Below are positions 1 to 8,256 of a stretch of DNA of 64,000 bases, piece by piece. Position 1 is the first letter of the stretch. The number at the start of each line of letters is the position of its first letter. Source of the DNA: an uncultured Acidobacteriaceae bacterium. GTDB taxonomy: Bacteria; Acidobacteriota; Terriglobia; Terriglobales; Acidobacteriaceae. The position numbers were made by a program, and so were the translations under genes. The notes under the pieces were generated by a model. It saw only the letters and a program-made list of their open reading frames with translations, was not told the DNA's origin and ran no database searches. The stretch covers positions 3,662 through 67,661 of the forward strand of contig CAVPFI010000007.1 of assembly GCA_963703685.1 (NCBI GenBank). The letters are read 5' to 3'.

Positions 1-420
1 GTCTCCCCGATCACGGACACGAAATTTGCGTCCGCGACCCAGCGCGGCAGAATGTGCATGTGAATGTGTCCGGCGATGCCGGCGCCGGCGGCTTTGCCGA
101 TGTTCATGCCCGAGATTAATGCCGTCGGGGTGGTAGAGTTCGCGGAGGACGGATTCCATTCTTTGAGAAAGTGTCATCATTTCAGTGGCCGCTTCGGCGG
201 GGAGTTTCTGCAATTCGTCCAGATGGGCGTAGGGGACGATCATCACATGGCCGGGCGTGTAGGGATAAGCGTTCAGGATGACGTAGCAGTGCTGGCCGCG
301 AAGCACGATATAAGTCTTTGCGTCGTCTTTCTCTTTTGGCGCGTCGCAAAAGATGCAGCCTTCGGTTTTGTGTGTGCCGGAGACGTAGGCGTAGCGCCAC
401 GGCGTCCAGAGGTAATCCAT
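1..420 (-). CDS. HIT-family (histidine triad) nucleotide hydrolase/transferase, 3' end off window, apparent 1-nt frameshift
   Basis: Minus strand from ATG at 420 reads MDYLWTPWRYAYV..GCIFC..GHVMIVPYAHL..YHPDGINLG. At the CCC run 109-111 the sensible reading jumps one base to [36 protein letters not shown] (HxHxHxx triad). Absent from the ORF track because it runs off the edge. Confidence 0.6.
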   Translation of the reverse strand, partial: MDYLWTPWRYAYVSGTHKTEGCIFCDAPKEKDDAKTYIVLRGQHCYVILNAYPYTPGHVMIVPYAHLDELQKLPAEAATEMMTLSQRMESVLRELYHPDGINLGHEHRQSRRRRHRRTHSHAHSAALGRGRKFRVRDRGD

Positions 421-634
421 AGCAGGGGAGGGTAGCAGATGAACGCGAATCGAGAAAACTAGGGCGACACACACGCGAGATCCCTCGCCGCCGCTGTGAA
501 AACGCAGGGCTTCGGGATGACGCCTTCAAGGTCGGTGCGAATTTGCGCATGGCCTAATGGCCCGCATTTTCATCCCTTGCGGCACGCGTCAGGTCGCGCT
601 GAAACTTGGCTGTAACATTAGAACAGATTTGCGT

Positions 635-664
635 TTGACACTGTTCGCGGGCGATTGCTATAGT
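635..664 (+). promoter_or_regulatory. sigma70-like promoter upstream of rpsA
   Basis: TTGACA (635-640), 18-nt spacer, TATAGT (659-664), about 155 nt upstream of the rpsA start. Confidence 0.5.
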
Positions 665-818
665 CGAAGAGTTCCCATTGGACGCGGGTTCTCTGTTAAA
701 ACGTCCGACAGCTGGGATTGTCCAAGCTCACTCGCCAGGGTGAGCCCACCACAACCAAACGACTCATCCAGCAGTCCGCAGAGCAGGCCCCGCATCCGAT
801 TATCAGAGAGGCATAACC

Positions 819-2702
819 TTGTTCGACGAGACCACCGCCCACAACTCCGAATCCAATTCCTCTGTCGCAACCGAAGCCGAACCGACGACAGAACAGCAGC
901 ACCAGCCTGAACAAAATCAGGCTGCCGCCCCCACCGACGAATCCACCGAGACGCATACGGAGTCCGCCGCGGACGCCTCTTCAGATGTTACCTCGGACGT
1001 TACCTCAGACGACAAGGCGGCAGCTGGCGAGGACTTCGCCTCCGTCCTTGAGAATTTCACCACCGAAGCCGAAGAAGCGGTCAGTGAAGACCGGGTCATC
1101 AAAGGCACGGTGCTGAAGCTGACCGGGACGCACGTGGTGGTCGATGTCGGCGCCAAATCGGAAGGCATGTTGCCGCTGGCGGAAGTGCTCGATCACGAGG
1201 GCAAGCCGAAATTCAAGCCCGGCGACGAGATCGACGTAATGCGCGAGAAGGGCCCAGCCGAGGAGGGCTACATCAATCTCTCTCACCAAAAGGCGCAGCG
1301 CATCCATGCCTGGGAAGAGATCGAAAAGGCCTACAACGAAAAGAAGCCGATCAAGGCTGTGGTTGTTGACCGCATCAAGGGCGGGTTGACCGTCGACATT
1401 CTCGGGGCGCACGCGTTCCTGCCCGGCTCGCAGGTGGACCTGCGGCCGATCCGCAATCTGGATGGCATGAAGGGCCAGACGCTCGAAGTCGCCGTCATCA
1501 AACTGAACAAGAAGCGCGGCAACATCGTGGTTTCGCGCAAGGATTTGCTTGAAGGCGAGCAGAACGAAAAGCGCTCGAAGACGCTGGAGCATCTGGAAGA
1601 AGGATCGATACTTACCGGCGTAGTCAAGAATCTCACCGAGTACGGGGCATTCGTCGACTTGGGCGGGCTGGACGGTTTGCTGCACATCACCGACATGTCG
1701 TGGGGACGGTTGACTCATCCTAAAGATCTGGTCAACGTTGGCGACCAGATTCAGGTGAAGGTCCTGAAATACGACAAAGAAAAGCAGCGCGTTTCGCTGG
1801 GATTTAAGCAACTGACCCCGGATCCATGGCTGGACGCCGAGCACCGCTATCCCGAGGGCGCGCATGTCGGGGGTCGCGTGATAAGCGTTACCGACTATGG
1901 CGCGTTCGTGGAATTGGAGCAGGGCATTGAAGGACTGGTTCACGTCAGCGAAATGACGTGGTCAAAGCGCATGAAGCATCCGTCGAAGCTGGTCAACGTT
2001 GGCGACCATGTGGAATGCGTGGTTCTGAATGTGAATCCGACCGAACGGCGCATTTCCCTTGGAATGCGGCAACTGGCGGCCAATCCGTGGGATTCATTGC
2101 ACGAGAAGTTCCCGGTCGGCATGACAGTGGAAGGACGCGTGCGCAACCTGACCGACTTCGGCGCCTTCATTGAAATTGAGGACGGCATCGACGGGCTGGT
2201 ACATGTCAGCAACTTGAGTTGGACCAAGCGGGTGAAGCACCCTTCGGAAGTGTTGAAAAAAGGTGACCGCGTGAAGGCGGTTGTGCTGGCGATCGAACCC
2301 GACAAGCGGCGCTTGTCGCTAGGAGTCAAGCAGCTTCAACCGGATGTTTGGGAGTCCTTCTTTCAGGCGCATCACGTCGGCGATGTGGTTCACGGCAAAG
2401 TGCTGCGGGTAGCCGCATTCGGCGCATTCGTCGAAATCGCAGAGGGCGTGGAAGGCTTGTGCCACAAATCGGAGGCGGTCGACGAAAACGGCCAACCGCT
2501 CCACCTTGAGCCGGGATTCGAGCACGACTTCAAGATCATCAAGATGAATCCGGAAGAAAAGAAAGTCGGACTCAGCATCCGCGCTGTCGGTGAAGAAGCG
2601 TCACGCTCGGAAGTGGAAGCCTATAAGCAGCCCGTTTCCAGCACCAGTTCGACCATCGGCGAGTTGATTTCCTGGAAGCGCGCGAGCAACGAAAATAACT
2701 AA
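819..2702 (+). CDS. rpsA: 30S ribosomal protein S1
   Basis: 627-aa ORF with six tandem S1/OB repeats. Recurring motifs G.V..(L/I)..(Y/F)GAFV(D/E)(L/I)..G..GL(L/V)H(I/V)S. Low-complexity acidic N-terminal extension; TTG start in the track. Confidence 0.95.
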   Translation: MFDETTAHNSESNSSVATEAEPTTEQQHQPEQNQAAAPTDESTETHTESAADASSDVTSDVTSDDKAAAGEDFASVLENFTTEAEEAVSEDRVIKGTVLKLTGTHVVVDVGAKSEGMLPLAEVLDHEGKPKFKPGDEIDVMREKGPAEEGYINLSHQKAQRIHAWEEIEKAYNEKKPIKAVVVDRIKGGLTVDILGAHAFLPGSQVDLRPIRNLDGMKGQTLEVAVIKLNKKRGNIVVSRKDLLEGEQNEKRSKTLEHLEEGSILTGVVKNLTEYGAFVDLGGLDGLLHITDMSWGRLTHPKDLVNVGDQIQVKVLKYDKEKQRVSLGFKQLTPDPWLDAEHRYPEGAHVGGRVISVTDYGAFVELEQGIEGLVHVSEMTWSKRMKHPSKLVNVGDHVECVVLNVNPTERRISLGMRQLAANPWDSLHEKFPVGMTVEGRVRNLTDFGAFIEIEDGIDGLVHVSNLSWTKRVKHPSEVLKKGDRVKAVVLAIEPDKRRLSLGVKQLQPDVWESFFQAHHVGDVVHGKVLRVAAFGAFVEIAEGVEGLCHKSEAVDENGQPLHLEPGFEHDFKIIKMNPEEKKVGLSIRAVGEEASRSEVEAYKQPVSSTSSTIGELISWKRASNENN

Positions 2703-2708
2703 CCCGCA

Positions 2709-2772
2709 TTGTTATCTTGAGCGAAGTAGCAGCTTCGCGAACGCGAAGCTGCTACGCAGTCGAAGGATCCCT
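2709..2772. repeat. Family-B palindromic repeat (TGTTATCTTGAGCG / 14-bp perfect hairpin / GCAGTCGAAGGATCCCT) just after the rpsA stop; possible terminator
   Basis: Stem GTAGCAGCTTCGCG (2726-2739), loop AA, stem CGCGAAGCTGCTAC (2742-2755). Arms match copies at 4899, 19409, 21041, 35212 and 58656. Confidence 0.75.
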
Positions 2773-2836
2773 ACTCTACGTCATACTCGGTCGCCTGAAG
2801 GAATTTCCATCCATTCTACAACGCAAGGCGTCCCTC

Positions 2837-2866
2837 TTGGTCTCTTCCATCGTCCTGTTCTAGAAT
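2837..2866 (+). promoter_or_regulatory. possible promoter for lpdA
   Basis: TTGGTC (2837-2842), 18-nt spacer, TAGAAT (2861-2866). Weak -35 element. Confidence 0.3.
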
Positions 2867-2895
2867 CATTCGTTTGCCTTTCATCATCTCTTCTA

Positions 2896-4326
2896 TTGAG
2901 GATTACTCCATTGCCCGAAACTTTATACGACGTAGCCATCATCGGCAGCGGACCCGCGGGATACACAGCCGCGATTCGCGCCGGCCAATATGGCCTGAAG
3001 ACAGCCCTCATCGAGAAAGATGGATTCCTGGGCGGCACCTGCCTGCATGTCGGCTGCATCCCAACTAAGGCACTGCTGTTTAACGCGGAACTTTGGGATC
3101 ACCTGAAAGAGGCCAAGGAATTCGGAATCGAGGGCGTAGATTCGCGCAAACTCAACTGGGCCGCGATTCAGGAGCGCAAAGGAAAAATCGTTGCGAAGCA
3201 CACTAAGGGCCTCGAATTCCTGATGAAGAAGAATAAAGTGCAGACGGTGAAGGGCTACGGCAAACTCACGGGCCCGGCGCAGAATGGCGTGCATTCGATC
3301 GAAGTCACGAACGAAGGCAAGGCAACTCAGCTCAAAGCGAAAAATGTGATTCTCGCGACCGGGTCCGAAGCCCGCATGCTGCCTGGCCTTGAAGCCAGCG
3401 ATCGCATTCTTACTAACATTGAAATTCTCAGTCTGAAAGAGCTACCGAAGTCAATTGTGATTGTCGGCGCAGGAGCCGTGGGCGTAGAGTTCGCGTCCAT
3501 CTATCGCTCGTTCGATTGCGAAGTGACGATCATCGAAATGTTGCCGCGGCTCGTGCCGGTGGAAGACGAAGAAGTGTCGAAGGAGCTTGCCCGCGTCTTC
3601 CACAAGCGCGGCATTAACTTTCACACCGGCGCGAAGGTCGATAAGGTTGAGAAAACCAAAACTGGTATCACAGTGACGATCACGGCGGAAGGCAAACAGC
3701 AGAAGATCGAAGCGGAGAAAATTTTGATTGCAGTCGGCCGCAAGCCGCGCACACAGAACATCGGGCTGGAGCGTACGAAGATTAAGCCTGACCGCGAATT
3801 CATCAAAACCGATTCCTGGATGCAGACCGCCGAACCGGGAGTCTACGCCGTGGGCGACATCGTGCTGGGCACGCCGCAATTGGCCCACGTTGGAGCCATG
3901 GAAGCACTGGTGGCCGTCGCAAAAATCGCCGGCAAGCCGGGCAAGCCGATCAATCCTGAACACATTCCCGGCGCAACCTATTGCCATCCCGAAATCGGCA
4001 GTGTCGGTCTTACCGAAACCAGGGCTCGGGAAGCTGGATACAACGTGAAGATTGGCAAGTTCCCCTTTACGGCGAATTCGCGCGCTTCGATCGTCGGCCA
4101 GCACGAAGGTTTCATCAAAATCGTTTCTGACGCCGACTACGGCGAAATTCTCGGCGTGCACATCATCGGTCCGCAAGCGACAGAACTAATCGCCGAAGCC
4201 GTGGCCGCCATGGAACTCGAAGCCACGGTCGAAGATTTGATGTGGACCATCCATGCGCATCCAACCCTGGCCGAGGCCATGCTGGATGCGTCGAACAGCG
4301 TATATGGAATTGCGATTAATGCCTAA
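2896..4326 (+). CDS. lpdA: dihydrolipoyl dehydrogenase (E3)
   Basis: YDVAIIGSGPAGY FAD-binding fold and redox-active disulfide motif GGTCLHVGCIPTKALL, with a C-terminal dimerisation region HAHPTLAE. The true start may be the TTG at 2911, preceded by GAGGA. Confidence 0.93.
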   Translation: MRITPLPETLYDVAIIGSGPAGYTAAIRAGQYGLKTALIEKDGFLGGTCLHVGCIPTKALLFNAELWDHLKEAKEFGIEGVDSRKLNWAAIQERKGKIVAKHTKGLEFLMKKNKVQTVKGYGKLTGPAQNGVHSIEVTNEGKATQLKAKNVILATGSEARMLPGLEASDRILTNIEILSLKELPKSIVIVGAGAVGVEFASIYRSFDCEVTIIEMLPRLVPVEDEEVSKELARVFHKRGINFHTGAKVDKVEKTKTGITVTITAEGKQQKIEAEKILIAVGRKPRTQNIGLERTKIKPDREFIKTDSWMQTAEPGVYAVGDIVLGTPQLAHVGAMEALVAVAKIAGKPGKPINPEHIPGATYCHPEIGSVGLTETRAREAGYNVKIGKFPFTANSRASIVGQHEGFIKIVSDADYGEILGVHIIGPQATELIAEAVAAMELEATVEDLMWTIHAHPTLAEAMLDASNSVYGIAINA

Positions 4327-4334
4327 CTCACCAA

Positions 4335-4415
4335 AACCTCACCACGAGAGTCACAGAGGCATGAGAAAGACCAACAAAGAGGTCTCTCTGTGACTCTGTG
4401 TCTCTGTGGTGAAAA
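4335..4415. repeat. Family-C repeat pair (CACCACGAGAGTCACAGAGG ... TCTGTGACTCTGTGTCTCTGTGGTGAA) forming a long hairpin after lpdA
   Basis: Inverted copies of the CCTCTGTG(N)CCTCTGTGGT motif, which recurs at 11708, 20095, 23666 and 35411. Confidence 0.7.
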
Positions 4416-4460
4416 GGTTTTGATCCGTGTTAATCCGCGCGAATCCGTGGCAACAAGAAT

Positions 4461-5327
4461 TTGATCTCTATCGTCCAACTCGGCACCGTCGACTACGCCA
4501 GAGGCCTCCGCCTGCAGCAGAACCTAGTCGCGCTTCGCAAAGAAGAAAAGATCGGCGATGTCCTGCTCCTGCTCGAACACTCCCCCGTCATCACTCTGGG
4601 TCGTAATGCAAAAGCAGTGAATGTAATCGCGACCCCGGAAATCCTTGCCCGGCGTGGTGTTGAGCTCTTCGAATGTGACCGCGGCGGCGACGTAACCTTC
4701 CACGGCCCCGGCCAGATCGTCGGCTATCCCATCTTCGACCTGCGCGGATTCGCCGACCCCGACGGCAAACGCAAGACCTTAGGCGTCGTGGAATTCGTTC
4801 GCCGCCTGGAAGAAATCCTGATCCGCACCTGCGCCGACTTCGCAATCGATGCGAAGCGGGTTCCGGGTCTAACCGGCGTTTGGACGAATCCCAATTCCTT
4901 GTCATCCCGAGCGGAAGAGAACGATTCGCAGAATCGTTCTCTGCAGTCGAGGGACCTCGGGTTTCCGGCCCGTACCACGAACGCCGCGGAAGCCAAGATT
5001 GCCGCCATCGGCATCCACATCTCCCGCTTCGTCACCTCCCACGGCTTCGCTCTCAACGTAAATACGGATCTTAACTTTTTCGACCTGATCGTTCCCTGCG
5101 GCATTACCGCAAAGCCCGTCACGTCCATGCAGCAGGAACTCGGCAGAGAACTCGACCTAAACGCAGTTGCCGAATCCATCTCCCGCAACTTCGGCACAGT
5201 ATTTTCGAGCCAAATGCTTTGGGTCGATACTCTCGACGCGCTGCTCGGCCGTACAGTCGGCGTCCCGATGAAGCTGCCTAGCGAGCTCCGGCAGATTTCC
5301 AACGAAGATGATCTAAATTGGGCCTGA
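4461..5327 (+). CDS. lipB: lipoyl(octanoyl) transferase, carrying an in-frame repeat insertion
   Basis: HSPVITLGRNA, RGGDVTFHGPGQIVGYPI, KIAAIGIHISRFVTSHGFALNV and IVPCGI motifs. The segment NSLSSRAEENDSQNRSLQSRDLG between GVWTNPN and KIAAIG is encoded by a Family-B repeat. Confidence 0.9.
   Translation: MISIVQLGTVDYARGLRLQQNLVALRKEEKIGDVLLLLEHSPVITLGRNAKAVNVIATPEILARRGVELFECDRGGDVTFHGPGQIVGYPIFDLRGFADPDGKRKTLGVVEFVRRLEEILIRTCADFAIDAKRVPGLTGVWTNPNSLSSRAEENDSQNRSLQSRDLGFPARTTNAAEAKIAAIGIHISRFVTSHGFALNVNTDLNFFDLIVPCGITAKPVTSMQQELGRELDLNAVAESISRNFGTVFSSQMLWVDTLDALLGRTVGVPMKLPSELRQISNEDDLNWA
4899..4957. repeat. Family-B palindromic repeat inserted in frame inside lipB
   Basis: TTGTCATCCCGAGCG, then a 12-bp perfect hairpin AGAGAACGATTC gca GAATCGTTCTCT, then GCAGTCGAGGGACCT. 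Confidence 0.8.
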
Positions 5328-5431
5328 GCGGCGTCACCAGCAGTGGGACTTGACGGCGTTCCTTAGGACGAAACAAACTAACACGTGTGTTTCGCGGTAG
5401 CCCGTGTTTCGGATCCACCCGAATCAACATC

Positions 5432-5782
5432 ATGAAGCTAAACGGATGGAAAAGAATAGGGATCATCGCTTCTGCCGTCTGGATCCTCGGAGTGGGGATA
5501 TACACCTACGATTCAGAAGCTGAAAGGGCCTCACGGGCCATAGCTGCCGAACACGTCGCATGCGACAGCCACCTTCCTGAGTGGAGAAACGACGAGAAGG
5601 CTTACGAGGCCGCATTTCGTGCATGCGACAAACATGCTGAGGATTCTCTCTCATTGGCGATTAGCAATGCTCGATTCAGCGCTGCATTGTTTGCGTTTGT
5701 CCCCGTCCCTTTGGGCTGGGGCGTTACCTACCTAATCTTCTTTCTCGTGCGCTGGGTCAAGCGTGGATTTGTGACGCCCTAG
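5432..5782 (+). CDS. hypothetical small membrane protein (two predicted TM segments)
   Basis: MKLNGWKRIGIIASAVWILGVGIY... and a C-terminal hydrophobic stretch FAFVPVPLGWGVTYLIFFLV. Looks lower in GC than its neighbours by eye. No family recognised. Confidence 0.5.
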   Translation: MKLNGWKRIGIIASAVWILGVGIYTYDSEAERASRAIAAEHVACDSHLPEWRNDEKAYEAAFRACDKHAEDSLSLAISNARFSAALFAFVPVPLGWGVTYLIFFLVRWVKRGFVTP

Positions 5783-5838
5783 CCCTTCCTACCTCGCTCG
5801 CGATACCATCACTACATCGCGCCTGCCGCGCCGCAACC

Positions 5839-7182
5839 ATGCCCAACAAGAAAACGAAGTCCAAAACAAGCTCCAACGGCAACCGTCCGCGCAACGGGAC
5901 GTCCCGGTCAAAATCTCCACTTCTCGCAAAGAACGCGAGAAATGGGGCACCCGCGTCTGTTTCTGATGTCCGCACCTACACCATCCCCGATCTCCGCCTC
6001 GAGCAGCCCAACCTCTCCGTCCGCCAAACAATAGAAAAAGACAAAGACGGCGCCGAGCACGTCCGCTACGAAGTCACCGGCAATCTCGACGCGCCAGTCC
6101 CACCGATTCGCGACTCCAAATATCTGAGCAAAGAGCAGGCCATCGAGATCTACCGCTACATGCTGCTCAACCGCAAGATGGAAGTCGCGCTCGAAAATCT
6201 CTACAAGCAGGGCAAAGTCGTCGGCGGAGTTTATTTCGGACTCGGCCAGGAAGCCTGCTCCTGCGCCTCCGCTTACGCGCTCGATAAAGACGACTGGTTT
6301 GCGCCCATGATCCGCAATCAGGGATCGCTGCTGGTCCGCGGCTTCCGCGCCTCGGACACCATGATGCAGTACATGGCCAAGGCCGATTCGCCCACACGCG
6401 GCCGCGACGGCACCTCGCACTTCGGCGACATCGAAAAGCGCAATATGGTCTCGCCCATTTCGATGCTTGGCGATCTCATCCCTGTGCTCTCGGGGGTAGC
6501 TCTCGGCGCGCGTCTCCAGGGACGCAACGTCGCCGTCATGACCTACATCGGCGACGGAGGCCAATCCACCGGCGTCACCTACGAAGGCATCAACTTCGCT
6601 GCCGTGCAGAATCTCGGCCTCGTGCTCTTCGTCGAATCGAATCTCTGGGCTTACTCCACGCCGTCAGAACTGCAGTACCGCTGCAAAGACCTGGCCGAGC
6701 GCGCCATCGGATACGGCATCCCCGGCGTGATCGTCGACGGCACCGATGCCTGCCAGGTCTACGACGCCGCCCGCGCCGCCGTCGAACGCGCCCACCGCGG
6801 CGAAGGTCCCACACTCATCGAAGCAAAAATGATGCGCATGAAAGGCCATGCCATCCACGACGCCGCGGCGTACGTTCCCAAGCCGATGTTCGAATTCTGG
6901 AAGAAGCGCGACCCTATCGCGCGCTTTGAGAATTATCTGGTAAAAGAAAAGAAGTGGCTCACAGCGAAAGAGAATGCGGAATTAATTTCAGAAGTCGAGC
7001 GGGTGATCGAAGCTGAGCGCGAGATCGCGGTGAACTCGCCGATGCCGACGCCGGAATCCGCTGAGGGCGGGGTGTTCTGCGAAGACGGCTGCCATGAGAT
7101 TAAACCGAAGTATGGGATGCCGAAAGTGAAGAAGGGAACGGCTGGGTACAAAGAGACCGAAGCGGCGGTGCATCTGAGATAA
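5839..7182 (+). CDS. 2-oxoacid dehydrogenase E1 component, alpha subunit (TPP-dependent)
   Basis: 447-aa ORF with the TPP-binding region YIGDGGQSTGVTYEGINFAAV...ESN. The N-terminal extension contains the repeat-encoded peptide SKSPLLAKNARNGAP. Substrate (pyruvate, branched-chain or acetoin) is not resolvable by eye. Confidence 0.9.
   Translation: MPNKKTKSKTSSNGNRPRNGTSRSKSPLLAKNARNGAPASVSDVRTYTIPDLRLEQPNLSVRQTIEKDKDGAEHVRYEVTGNLDAPVPPIRDSKYLSKEQAIEIYRYMLLNRKMEVALENLYKQGKVVGGVYFGLGQEACSCASAYALDKDDWFAPMIRNQGSLLVRGFRASDTMMQYMAKADSPTRGRDGTSHFGDIEKRNMVSPISMLGDLIPVLSGVALGARLQGRNVAVMTYIGDGGQSTGVTYEGINFAAVQNLGLVLFVESNLWAYSTPSELQYRCKDLAERAIGYGIPGVIVDGTDACQVYDAARAAVERAHRGEGPTLIEAKMMRMKGHAIHDAAAYVPKPMFEFWKKRDPIARFENYLVKEKKWLTAKENAELISEVERVIEAEREIAVNSPMPTPESAEGGVFCEDGCHEIKPKYGMPKVKKGTAGYKETEAAVHLR
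5907..5952. repeat. Family-A repeat (reverse orientation) inside the E1-alpha N-terminal extension
   Basis: GTCAAAATCTCCACTTCTCGCAAAGAACGCGAGAAATGGGGCACCC is the reverse complement of the GGGTGCCCCA..TCGCG..GCGA..GGGGATTTTGAC type. Confidence 0.7.
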
Positions 7183-7195
7183 AATGAAGGTTTAG

Positions 7196-7567
7196 GTGAA
7201 TGTTCATGGCTTCCGGCGCTCAAGCTGCAAACGAGACTTATCGAATGATCCGGCAGCGATTTTGGATAAAGACATCGTGGTCGCTACCTACCATGGCTAT
7301 GTCCGAGATGTGTCCGCATGTGCTCGGGCAAAGAACGGTCGTCTTCAATCGTTGATGCATCAATTCGCGGGAGGCGCAGCAACGGTTGAACCCGACGGCT
7401 CTCCAGCCAACTGGCGCTGCGTTATCGTCGAAGAGTTGTTTAATGTTTCGATCAAAAAGTCCGCAGGGCAGTGGCACACAGCCCGAACTACGAGGCCGCA
7501 AACTTGCGTCAATCCCATCGAACATCTGGTAGAGTGTGTGGATGTTGCGTCCTTGGCCTCGACATAG
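7196..7567 (+). CDS. hypothetical protein in the insertion between E1 alpha and E1 beta
   Basis: 123-aa ORF with a GTG start. No motif recognised. The local composition looks different from the flanking operon. Confidence 0.3.
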   Translation: MNVHGFRRSSCKRDLSNDPAAILDKDIVVATYHGYVRDVSACARAKNGRLQSLMHQFAGGAATVEPDGSPANWRCVIVEELFNVSIKKSAGQWHTARTTRPQTCVNPIEHLVECVDVASLAST

Positions 7568-7595
7568 CCGGACTCGGTAGGACGAGGTGTCGTCG

Positions 7596-8153
7596 ATGGA
7601 AGTGGAAGTGATTCAAGCACAAGATTTCTTGGATGCCGGATCGAGTCCGTAAATCACGAACTCGACGGTGAAGTCTACGTGACCATGTTCTCCGGGCGTA
7701 CGCAAGGTTGCAGGCCGATCGATATGCAGCTTGGCTCCAACCGATCGCGAAGAGTTACTTGATCAAATCGAAGCTACATGGACCTCGGAGAAGTCCGTAC
7801 GAGATTGGCGCGAGCCGACGATTCCCCTGGCAGACGTTAAGAAAGAGCTTGGGCTCAAGTTCAGTTCGAATCTGCCCTACACGATTGAGTACGCATCCTC
7901 TCGCTGCGAGAACTACGATCTTTAGATCGCCAAATTCAACAAGGATCAGGCAATGATAGATTCCCGTGGTTGACGAATGAGATTGTCGAGATCCGTGATA
8001 TTTAATATGGCCGTTGACATCGGGTTCCTCCGCTGGCTACGTGAAGAAATTCAGGAGCGAGAGCCGGCGTACTCGAAGGCGAGTTGCATCGTCTATGCAT
8101 GGGTTTTATCAGATGCACGCCGAGGAGTGCAAGAATCATCGACTTGTAAATAA
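7596..8153 (+). pseudogene. decayed Phd/YefM-like antitoxin plus RelE/ParE-like toxin remnant (multiple frameshifts)
   Basis: Fragments in three frames. MEVEVIQAQDFLDAGSSP*, ESVNHELDGEVYVTMFSGRTQGCRPIDMQ and LAPTDREELLDQIEATW..IPLADVKKELGL are antitoxin-like. YTIEYASS, SLRELRSLDRQIQQ and IQEREPAYSKASCIVYA are RelE/ParE-like. Confidence 0.45.
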
Positions 8154-8256
8154 ACGAGCGTAATCAGCGATAACACCCTCCTCGTCACGACGTTAGCAGG
8201 ACTGCAAAAGCTTTGAAATTAGATTCCCGCTAATGTGGCAGTGAATCGCAGCTCCT

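Noticed and set aside
1005-1943. 312-aa minus-strand ORF
   Set aside because: It is antisense to rpsA, and no motif was recognised.
5839-5960. Alternative downstream start for E1 alpha that would exclude the repeat-encoded N-terminus
   Set aside because: There is no in-frame ATG/GTG/TTG with an RBS before the conserved region, so the track start was kept. Whether the extension is translated remains uncertain.
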